Below are positions 12,897 to 22,381 of a stretch of DNA of 26,741 nucleotides, in pieces. The notes beneath the pieces were generated by a model. That model saw nothing but the letters and a program-made list of their open reading frames with translations, did not search any database and was not told the DNA's origin. The stretch is taken from the NCBI GenBank assembly GCA_024626585.2, contig JANKJI020000004.1:127429342-127456082 (forward strand), given 5' to 3'. This DNA is from Ginkgo biloba. Lineage: Eukaryota; Plantae; Ginkgophyta. The first letter of the stretch is position 1; each line of letters opens with the position of its first letter. A program made the position numbers and the translations under genes.

Positions 12897-14520
12897 NNNN
12901 NNNNNNNNNNNNNNNNNNNNNNNNNNNNNNNNNNNNNNNNNNNNNNNNNNNNNNNNNNNNNNNNNNNNNNNNNNNNNNNNNNNNNNNNNNNNNNNNNNNN
13001 NNNNNNNNNNNNNNNNNNNNNNNNNNNNNNNNNNNNNNNNNNNNNNNNNNNNNNNNNNNNNNNNNNNNNNNNNNNNNNNNNNNNNNNNNNNNNNNNNNNN
13101 NNNNNNNNNNNNNNNNNNNNNNNNNNNNNNNNNNNNNNNNNNNNNNNNNNNNNNNNNNNNNNNNNNNNNNNNNNNNNNNNNNNNNNNNNNNNNNNNNNNN
13201 NNNNNNNNNNNNNNNNNNNNNNNNNNNNNNNNNNNNNNNNNNNNNNNNNNNNNNNNNNNNNNNNNNNNNNNNNNNNNNNNNNNNNNNNNNNNNNNNNNNN
13301 NNNNNNNNNNNNNNNNNNNNNNNNNNNNNNNNNNNNNNNNNNNNNNNNNNNNNNNNNNNNNNNNNNNNNNNNNNNNNNNNNNNNNNNNNNNNNNNNNNNN
13401 NNNNNNNNNNNNNNNNNNNNNNNNNNNNNNNNNNNNNNNNNNNNNNNNNNNNNNNNNNNNNNNNNNNNNNNNNNNNNNNNNNNNNNNNNNNNNNNNNNNN
13501 NNNNNNNNNNNNNNNNNNNNNNNNNNNNNNNNNNNNNNNNNNNNNNNNNNNNNNNNNNNNNNNNNNNNNNNNNNNNNNNNNNNNNNNNNNNNNNNNNNNN
13601 NNNNNNNNNNNNNNNNNNNNNNNNNNNNNNNNNNNNNNNNNNNNNNNNNNNNNNNNNNNNNNNNNNNNNNNNNNNNNNNNNNNNNNNNNNNNNNNNNNNN
13701 NNNNNNNNNNNNNNNNNNNNNNNNNNNNNNNNNNNNNNNNNNNNNNNNNNNNNNNNNNNNNNNNNNNNNNNNNNNNNNNNNNNNNNNNNNNNNNNNNNNN
13801 NNTTCATTTTCATGTTTTCTCCTTTGAGAAATGTTTTCGAAATCCAGATTGTTGTTTCCTAGCTTGTGGAAGTTGTGAATAAGTTTTCTAGGACCGACTG
13901 TTTCTTGGAAATTATCTTTGTTTCTGAGAATTATTTTAGTCCTCAAGTTCTATATTTCTTGCCTGCATGGTCAAACATACAAATTTCAGGGTTTTGAATC
14001 CAAAGCATACAAAATATTCTTTCATGTTTTTGAAATGTTTCCCATTTCTCATGAGTACAAATGTACCTTTATTGCGTGCAATAGTTCCCATTCTTCTCCA
14101 TTTTTAACTGGGATAACCGGATAAGCGTACTGGAAATGTTACTATCATGCTTTAATGTTTGATTTTTATTTGTTTCATTTTTAAAGACTACTATAGGTAC
14201 AATCAATAATTTTTGAACTGCAGCATGCAAAGCTCTCTTGGCATTTGTGGCTCTCATTCCTGTTTCATAGGTAGTCTGTTGTACTTGTTACTGTTGGGGA
14301 CCTATATGACCTGCATTCAGGGAGTGTTTGATCCTATTCCCTCCAATACTTTCATGCTGATTTTTTGCAATGATTCTGTAGTTATCATATCATGTAACCG
14401 AAAAAACCAATACCTTTTTGAGTTGATATTATTTTCAATAGTTTCTGTAAGGATAATATTGTAGACAACAATTAGAACAAAGGGAACAAACAAGAATATC
14501 AGCTGGTCTGGTGAATGTCA

Positions 14521-15083
14521 CTAAAAGGGACAACGGCTTGCTTGAAAGCATGGATGAAGATAAGAGTATTGCATAGTTCTTGGATCGTCTTCAATATTTG
14601 TCTGTCCTTTGGTAGATTGGCTTCCTGGTGGGAGTGGATTGTACTGGTTGCCTATTTGCAAACTGGCCATATCTGCCAAGTGTTCATTGGCTGGTGTTGG
14701 CCAGATTGTATTTCGATTCTGCAAAGGGTAATGTTCTTCATTGATTGAACAGTTCATTGTTGGGAGTATGCTATGATATGTTGATGTTCTGCAGCTGGGA
14801 TCATTTCAGCAGTGAGTGGGAATAATAATTTCCGTAGTAGAGGCTTGAGCATACAACTGCTAGATACTGGTGTCATCCTTGCCAAGAAAATGAACTTTCT
14901 TTTAAGACTGACTATTATCTTCCATGGGAAAATGACTTGGAGTCATATTGGCTTGCTTGTAAGCAAGTTGAAACCATGCTTCAGTACAAACATACAAAAC
15001 GGAACATGTACAAAATGATTTAACTGGTAACTTAAGAAAACATGCTTTACGTTATTCTTCAAGTGTTGCCTTTGTTCTGCCAT
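14521..15083 (-). pseudogene. Two-exon antisense pseudogene fragment, possibly the C-terminus of a MIKC* MADS-box gene
   Basis: Exon 15083-15051 (tttgcag|ATGG...AAC|gtaaag), 72-nt intron, exon 14978-14521. The spliced frame reads GRTKATLEE*PWFQLAYKQANM...ASLQIGNQYNPLPP...CPF*. Its four internal stops (TAA, TAA, TAG, TGA) are each one C-to-T change from a sense codon, and there is no frameshift. Confidence 0.5.
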
Positions 15084-16176
15084 CTGCAAACATGTACAAA
15101 CTTCACACTTAAGGAGCTATATAGATCTTCAGTTGTTCACTGTTAACTCTGGGTGACTAATGTGCCTCTCGAGCTCTAGTTTCCAATGCATTTTCCACAA
15201 AAGGATATTAATAATTTGTTAAATTGAAAGGCACCAAATTGTTCTCTATAGGTCTACTAATTTTGTAATAGACATCATGCCCCTTATACTATGAATAAGA
15301 ATATTTGAAAATTGATAATCACCATAAACCAACCATTAATACTTTTCTTATAGTTTATTCTCCTCAATAATGTCCACCTCTTACTGCTTCATGTGCATTT
15401 ATGAGAATACATGGTATATTTTATAGTATAATAGATCATTGTAACACTTTATCCATATTGTACAATTAAACTCCAATTAATGTATATGCCATTTCTTTTT
15501 TAGCCAACTTTTTTCTTTTATTGGGTTGTGATTCCTTAGGTTCTAATATCTTATTTTAAAATTCCATAATTTCTCTTAACTAATTCATTATTAATTCTAT
15601 TAAAAAAAAATTCACATCTAGGAAGTCATCTTTGATTTTCATTATTTTCCCTATTTCAACTCTAGATAGATGGTTATATCCTAAGTATATTTTTCTAGGC
15701 TTTAGAAAAATCTCAAAATTATCTTACTAGAGTAGGATTATCCATCTACTAAGCCTACCTTGTAATATTCATATTCTATACTTTAGGTATTAATGATCGA
15801 CATCAAATTTAAAATCATTTTTGAAAGGTAATGCCTACATTTTTGTACTACATAGATCATTCCCAAGGCTTTCCTCCATGTAGTTGTATAATTTTACTCA
15901 ACCTTAATTTATTATTGGAAAAATAAATTAGATAATCATTATTATTGGCTTTTGGTTTAACAAGTGTAATCATTATTACTATTACTATGTTGTTAATAAA
16001 TTTCTCCTTCTAATTTGGAAATTATAAGATTAGTGCTTCTGATAGTTTTACCTTTCATGATTCAAAGGTTATTTGANNNNNNNNNNNNNNNNNNNNNNNN
16101 NNNNNNNNNNNNNNNNNNNNNNNNNNNNNNNNNNNNNNNNNNNNNNNNNNNNNNNNNNNNNNNNNNNNNNNNNNNN

Positions 16177-17490
16177 GTTCTGTAAATTCCATATGAACAG
16201 ATTGATGACCAGAGAGGCAGACAATCACTTTCGTCGAAGAGATAACTTTTGTTTCTTTGAATTGTGATAAACTATGAGAAGAGAGCTTGAATTGCAACCA
16301 AAGAAGTCGCTCTTTGTTGCATGTCATAGATCTCATTATCCTTTATTTTAGCTGGGAGAAAGCTGTATTTGAAATTTTAATGCTGGAAAGGCTACTTTGG
16401 TTTGGTTTGGATTTTCAAAATTGATGAGTTTAGGTTCAGAAATGCTCTCTGTGCAACTTTTTGATTCTTTATTGTTTGTAAAGTTGGAGGGAAACAACTA
16501 GACATAAGCCAGAGACTTCATTTGTTGTATAATTGTTGTGTGCATTTACTTTGAAGAGTGTGTAGATTGCCTCCATGTTGATTGTGTAGTTATATTCGGC
16601 TGTTATTTGATTTCTTCTAGTTTTTGTTACTTTGTTTCTTCGTCTCAGGGAAGCTTCTCAGACAGTTAAGTATGTTTTCAGTAATTGTGTGCATGATTAC
16701 TAACTGTATTGAAATAACACTCAACATAATGGCATCTGGGAATTGGCACTTGTTTTGCTGCAGTTCATATAGTCCTTATTCCAGAGCCAGGTATACTTCA
16801 ATGCAAAATTCGAGTTCAGTCAGCATTTAGATTATTCATATGCTTGTAAGTAGGTTCGTAGTTATTTCCGTGTTTCAGGGTATGCCTTTTGGCTTTAAGT
16901 TTGTGTTGCTTTTATTTGCATAAAATTTCAACTTCCTTCATTATCTTCATGTTCCCTTGTATGCTTTTATAGTTGGGAAGATTTGCAAATCCTGGTGGGT
17001 GATTTCTTTTCAAGGCCTTTTAACTCAAATTGCCATTGCCTTTGAAGTGATGTGTGGCATTATTATTGCCTTAAAGCATCATTTTTCCTTTTTCAGTTTA
17101 CTGAGGGAATAGTTTCCTGAAGCATTTACTTTACATCTTGTCTTTTAAGGGAGAATTAGAGGATATTGTGCTCTGTCTGGCCTTCATTTCAGCTATAGTT
17201 GTCACATAATTTGCTTGCAGACATTGATGTTTTTTTCCTATGGTTGCATTTTGGTCAACTGTCAACACTATTTATGATGCGTCAAAATTTATGTTTCATG
17301 TGGGGATTTCTGATTTTCTTTTTTATTGTCACTGCAGGAGCTTTCCAAAGTGCATGCACTGACAGAAAAGCTGACTGCAAAGAAAAATCGTTCCTGTTGT
17401 CTTGACTGTAAAGAAAAAGTTGCTTTGTTGTGTAAGTTTTATCTGAGGAGAGATCAACTGAATCTTTTCCATAGATCAACATTTACATTA
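16177..17490 (+). pseudogene. Candidate decayed MADS-box (MIKC*-like) gene: MADS relic, micro-exons, K-box-like exon
   Basis: IDDQRGRQSLSSKR* (16201-16245) keeps the register of IENxxxRQVTFSKR. KEVALCC/VIDLII/F..AGRKLY (16300-16368, with indels) resembles ELSVLCDxxVALIIFSxxGKLY. The exon from 17338, ELSKVHALTEKLTAKKNR..., is coiled-coil/K1-like. Several indels must be assumed. Confidence 0.4.
17338..17431 (+). CDS. Candidate 94-nt upstream coding exon
   Basis: Strong acceptor (ttttttattgtcactgcag|G) and donor (T|gtaagt); open frame ELSKVHALTEKLTAKKNRSCCLDCKEKVALL; the phase-1 end joins in frame to the acceptor at 18074 (T+AT GAA ATG). Confidence 0.4.
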
Positions 17491-18074
17491 TAGTCATCAT
17501 AAATTTCCCAATTATCTACAAAAATGTTAGATATAAATCATATAGATCATTACTAATATAAATCACAATTGAATGCTACATAAAATTTAGATTTTCTTGA
17601 CTTGCACAAAGACATCAATGATATGCTAATGATGTAAACATCAAATATGCTAATGATATAACTCTAGATCTCTTAAGCTGCTAAACACAAAACTATGTGC
17701 ACTTGGGCTAGGCAACTTTGAAATTGGTAGAATGGGCGATTGAGCATTAGACGTGCCCAAAACCTGCACAAAAAAAATATTTGCATTTTATATGTTAGAG
17801 CGTTAATGATGTAAACATTGGATGGTCTGCCAAAGTTAAAAATTGTTAAGCACCTACATATTACATAAAAGAAAATATTGTTGGTCCTCATATGCTACTG
17901 GAAAATCAACCTTTACTCGCTTGCANNNNNNNNNNNNNNNNNNNNNNNNNNNNNNNNNNNNNNNNNNNNNNNNNNNNNNNNNNNNNNNNNNNNNNNNNNN
18001 NNNNNNNNNNNNNNNNNNNNNNNNNTCGTCATAGATTTCATAATTATCTGTAGAAACATTTGCATGCCTTATAG

Positions 18075-19379
18075 ATGAAATGAACAACAAAGAAGAAAAC
18101 ACAGTGCAATGCTTAAGACCCCATGATCCAGATATGAAAAACATAAAAGTAAATTTAAAGATAGGCTTGAAGCCAAATGTTTCACAGCTAGTGGAGGAAG
18201 ATAATGCAGATGGTTTAGAAGAAGTTCTACAGGCCGAAAGGGCTCTAGAAACAATGCCTCTGAGCAAAAAGGGGAAAAAGAATAAAAGAAATGTGTTAAA
18301 AGAGACTGATGAGTTCTCCAAATTAACCAGAAGAGTATTGCATTATGCATGTGCACTTGACTCAGTGAAATGTTGCAAGCTTCTGGTTGAATGTGAAAAA
18401 TTCCCCAGTGTGTGTGTTGATGCTGTTGATGAGGTAAACCAGCATTCGGGCTTACACATTGCAAGTTATTATCATTCTCAGGAATGTATGGATTTTCTTT
18501 TGAAGAAGGGGGCAAACCATTCTCTCCTAAACAAGCATTCGATGATGCCTATAGAGGAAGCTTTGTTAAGTCCAAGCCTTAATGTGGAATGGGATTTTTC
18601 TACCAATGCTGCTGAAATTGTAAAACGGGTTGGGGAGAAGGATTTGAAAATTTTGAAAACTCTTGGAATCAAGTGCAATTGCAAAGATGTTCTTGCTGCT
18701 CTTGCATTTAAGCTTGCTAAAGGTATGGCATTAGTTCCATTGGTTGCCCTCTTACATGTTAGGAGGTCCATTGTAAATGTTGTGATCAAAGGGTCGGAAT
18801 TTGATATAGAATCTGGCAGAACAATAGTTGATTACTTGTTAGGAAAGGTCTTAGGCTTTTTGCCCCCAAATATGTCAGATGAAATATCTTGGAAGCTTGC
18901 AAAATGCAAAACTATTAATTCAGAGGAGCTTGGCTTGTTGGAAGATGTGAATTCAAACAAGAATTTGGGTGCTCGGGATGATAATCCTGAAATAAAATAT
19001 AGGAAAGATATAACTGAGTGGGAACAAATAAACTCAAAATACTGTACAAATATAAATGAAACCCATGCTGTTAGAAAGACTGGTAGTCTAGCAAGGGAGT
19101 CTAATAAGGCATACAGTAGACAGATGGGAACCATGAATGATGATGTACAGACAAACAGTCGTCTTGCTCGAAAAATGTTAGAATGTGTCCTCCAGTTTGT
19201 CCAAAGCTGGAGTGCTCATTCACAGAATTCTCTGCCACCTTTAATTCGAGCTGTGCAGGTAAATGATGAGGCACTTTTAAATGCTTTGCTAGCATCTGCT
19301 GCTCCAGTTAATGACACAGATCATGATGGCAACACAGCTCTTCATTGGGCCTTGAAGCAAGCCACTTCTGTCAATGGGC
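18075..19379 (+). CDS. Ankyrin-repeat exon of an ANK-CCCH-RRM RNA-binding protein (MEL2-like); runs into a gap
   Basis: More than 430 uninterrupted codons from ATG 18080; ankyrin motifs VLHYACALDSVKCCKLLV, SGLHIASYYHSQECMDFLLKKGAN, PPLIRAVQVNDEALLNALL and VNDTDHDGNTALHWALK; acceptor ttatag at 18069-18074. Confidence 0.9.
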
Positions 19380-19479
19380 NNNNNNNNNNNNNNNNNNNNN
19401 NNNNNNNNNNNNNNNNNNNNNNNNNNNNNNNNNNNNNNNNNNNNNNNNNNNNNNNNNNNNNNNNNNNNNNNNNNNNNNN

Positions 19480-20750
19480 CCTTTAGTGTGGTTGGGTAAG
19501 TTTACTTCAACAGGTTTGGGGGAAAGTTACCTTCGTTATGACTTTGAGGATGAGTTACCTTCAATGCAGTTGTAGGCAGAACTAACATACCTATAAGGAA
19601 GTTACCTTCACCGTAGATGAAGGTAGCTAATGAGCTACCTTCACCATGGGTGAAGGTATCTTATTTATAGGTATGTTAGTTCTGCCTACAACTGCATTGA
19701 AGGTANNNNNNNNNNNNNNNNNNNNNNNNNNNNNNNNNNNNNNNNNNNNNNNNNNNNNNNNNNNNNNNNNNNNNNNNNNNNNNNNNNNNNNNNNNNCACT
19801 TTACCAAGCTAATGAGCTACCTTCACCATGGGTGAAGGTATCTTATTTATATTAATAGGCTATCTTCATGACAATTAAAGGTAGAAATCCAACATTGAAA
19901 CATATATCAATCTAAATACCTCCCCAAAAGACAAATTGCATGACTTGTATATACACCCCCATTTACATCATATTAATTGTGCATGAATAAGTCTTTATCC
20001 AAAATTTTAATTAGAATAACCCTTATTGAAGGCCTCTATTAAATATGTATAACAACATAAAATGTACACAAGAATGTTATCATTTACATCCAGAACTGTG
20101 AACTACCTAATACCACAGCATAAACAAATGACAAGCAACTCAGGGATAAGGGTTACCAAATGGCCTGAAAGCCCTTAATCAGCAGTTGACCCTCTAAGTT
20201 ATCCAACTGCAATCTTAAAGCCAAGAAAAGAGTTTAAAAATATGACCTAGGCCTAGGGCCCCCAAGATGTGGCCACATGTCTCTATCTTGTGGATCTACA
20301 ATCTCGCAAGTCACAAAGAAAAGAAAGGAAAACACTCGAAAGGACCATAAAGTAGGGTGCACATAGATCACACCCCGTGTCTTGATCCCTTTCCTAGCGC
20401 CCTCTCACAGTAAAATGGTAGTAATCTCCAAGTCTCCCGATACTAGATGATTCGAGGCAGTGCCACCTGTCCCAATCTCAGGTCCCCTTGAGGTAGTTGG
20501 GGTGTAATGGTAAGATTAGCAAGATTCATCNNNNNNNNNNNNNNNNNNNNNNNNNNNNNNNNNNNNNNNNNNNNNNNNNNNNNNNNNNNNNNNNNNNNNN
20601 NNNNNNNNNNNNNAAGGTCTCCTTGCTCACGGAACCATGGCTTTAATGCCATTAAAGCCTGCACACAAGATTTGGATTTTCCCTATCCTTCATAACTACC
20701 TAAATTCAAAGATAAAATAGGTGCGAGGACGAATAGAGGACGTATCCAAT
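19480..20750. mobile_element. LTR-like repeat insertion between the ANK and CCCH exons
   Basis: Non-coding, not T-rich like the host introns; array of palindromic TACCTTCA...TGAAGGTA units and a 21-bp interrupted palindrome at 20639-20659; broken by gaps. No TG..CA ends or TSD visible. Confidence 0.5.
19556..19851. repeat. 41-bp perfect inverted repeat enclosing two small hairpins, plus a 45-bp direct repeat
   Basis: 19556-19596 is the exact reverse complement of 19665-19705. Inner hairpins at 19601-19627 and 19636-19658. 19625-19669 is identical to 19807-19851. Confidence 0.9.
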
Positions 20751-20813
20751 TGAGAAGGAATTTATGAACCAAAGCATCTTATAGGCAGTCTTCTGTGCTT
20801 TGGATCTTCACAG

Positions 20814-22112
20814 GCTTATCTCTATAAAATAAAGTTGTGCATGCATTATGAGAAGAATAAAACATGTCGAAATGGATCAAAGTGCAAATTTGCTCATGGA
20901 CAGAGAGAGCTTAGGCCGACATCAGCTTCTTCAAGTGTTGCATCAGGTGCAAGATTTGGACCTCGTCCTTCAACTGCATCATCTTTTGGATCTTATTCCA
21001 GTGAGGAAGTTGAGGAGATGAATTCTCGGAAAGTATTTGTTGGTGGTTTGCCTTCTTATGTCAATGGCAGAGAGCTCCAGGAATTTATGGAAGGAGAATT
21101 TGGAAAAGTGATTGATTCTACTGTCATTTGTGGCAATGATGAAGATGGGATCATCCGATCTAGAGGTTTTGGGTTTGTTTTATTTGAACATCAGAAAGAT
21201 GCAGATGAAGCTGTAAGAAGGCACTACATCCCATTCCTGGGAAAGAAGGTGGAACTTAAGAAAGCAATGACACGCATAGAGTTGGCATCTGGAGATGAAG
21301 ATGGAAAGCAAACTTCTTACACTAGTTTATCCGCATCAGCTCTTTCTCAGTCTCTTGCTGTACCTTCTTCATCTTCTGCCATTGGTATGTTTGATGATGG
21401 ATCACATTCCCCAGGCTCAGCTACAGCAGGCTATCATCAGGGTTTGTCGCAGCGATCATCATCTGTTGACTTATCCCCATCAATGTCTCAGAACAATCCT
21501 GAATATCTGCAGCCTGCAGGTCTTACATCTGGAGGGGATCTGCCTGCACATTCGGAATCAATTTACACCAAAAATTGTACTTTGGAAAGCTATCTATCCT
21601 CTGATAAACAAAGTCCCTATATATCTACCCAGAATTCTGAGCAGTTCTTGAATGTAGATGATACCCTCTCCAGTTCTTCTTTTCTTTCTTACAATGCTTG
21701 TGATTTGCCTTCCCTTGGTTCTCTGTCATCTGTCTGTACTGCTCCCTTTTCAAATGGTAATAAATGCATAAGGCCATCAAATTTATGTGGTCCTTCCAAC
21801 TCTTATTTCAGTACTGTGCCTGAAGCCAATGGTCCAAATCAAATAGATGGCGATGATGATGATGATGATGAGAATCTCTCTCAATTACTTGCATTGCTGG
21901 GAGTTGGTCCTCTGTCAGAACCAAATCAGGCTAAATCTTTCCCATATATAACATCCAATTCTAATCACTCTGTCAATCAAGCTGTTCTCCCAGTTTCTGT
22001 TCCAAATGGATGGGTAGAAGATTCTTTAGCCAGTTGCCAAAATATAATAGAAGTCAGCATGGGTCCACTCCAAAGGAAACAGATTATGATTCTCAATTAT
22101 CAGGTGATTTAA
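20814..22112 (+). CDS. CCCH zinc finger + RRM + Ser-rich low-complexity exon of the MEL2-like gene
   Basis: Acceptor tcttcacag|GCT. YKIKL-C-x8-C-x5-C-x3-H-GQRELR (Cys1 20838, His 20895). RNP2 VFVGGL 21033-21050 and RNP1 RGFGFVLF 21162-21185, then an S/P/N-rich tail with poly-Asp. Confidence 0.92.
   Translation, partial: AYLYKIKLCMHYEKNKTCRNGSKCKFAHGQRELRPTSASSSVASGARFGPRPSTASSFGSYSSEEVEEMNSRKVFVGGLPSYVNGRELQEFMEGEFGKVIDSTVICGNDEDGIIRSRGFGFVLFEHQKDADEAVRRHYIPFLGKKVELKKAMTRIELASGDEDGKQTSYTSLSASALSQSLAVPSSSSAIGMFDDGSHSPGSATAGYHQGLSQRSSSVDLSPSMSQNNPEYLQPAGLTSGGDLPAHSESIYTKNCTLESYLSSDKQSPYISTQNSEQFLNVDDTLSSSSFLSYNACDLPSLGSLSSVCTAPFSNGNKCIRPSNLCGPSNSYFSTVPEANGPNQIDGDDDDDDENLSQLLALLGVGPLSEPNQAKSFPYITSNSNHSVNQAVLPVSVPNGWVEDSLASCQNIIEVSMGPLQRKQIMILNYQVI
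21852..21869 (+). repeat. (GAT)6 microsatellite encoding poly-Asp
   Basis: gatgatgatgatgatgat within the coding frame. Confidence 0.9.
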
Positions 22113-22381
22113 GTTTTTTTCACTCACCTGAAAGGTCAAGAGCTGTGAGTGACACGCTCAATGATTTCTGTTATAATGGTCTGTTGCCAGAATATTTTGC
22201 ATATGATGGGGCTTTTTCAGCTGGCTCACAAGGGCTTTCAAGAGTTCATTGTCCAATTCAAAATGATTCATCTCTCCAGAGATTTTCAACTTCACAGTTA
22301 TCTAAAAGTATCTCCAAGACATCTAATGGATACTTGCAAGAATATAATGATGTAGGGCAGTTTAAGAGGTACGGGAACTGA
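22028..22381 (+). CDS. Probable frameshifted continuation of the same exon
   Basis: Overlapping ORF 22010-22381 (SQLPKYNRSQHGSTPKETDYDSQ...) has the same composition as the tail; adding one T to the run at 22025-22027 would fuse the frames. Confidence 0.55.
   Translation, partial: SQLPKYNRSQHGSTPKETDYDSQLSGDLSFFHSPERSRAVSDTLNDFCYNGLLPEYFAYDGAFSAGSQGLSRVHCPIQNDSSLQRFSTSQLSKSISKTSNGYLQEYNDVGQFKRYGN

Noticed and set aside
1601-13946. Long ORFs in the track (e.g. 1601-2458, 9043-10074, 12713-13946)
   Set aside because: Their length comes from N-gaps translated as X.
17611-17662. Short tandem duplication ATATGCTAATGAT x2
   Set aside because: Ordinary slippage duplication in AT-rich DNA.
19500-19890. 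CRISPR-like array of palindromic repeats
   Set aside because: Units are degenerate and irregularly spaced, with no unique equal-length spacers and no cas genes; the context is eukaryotic.
18069-21651. Antisense and alternate-frame ORFs overlapping the main exons
   Set aside because: Shadow ORFs of a real coding region with no recognisable motifs.
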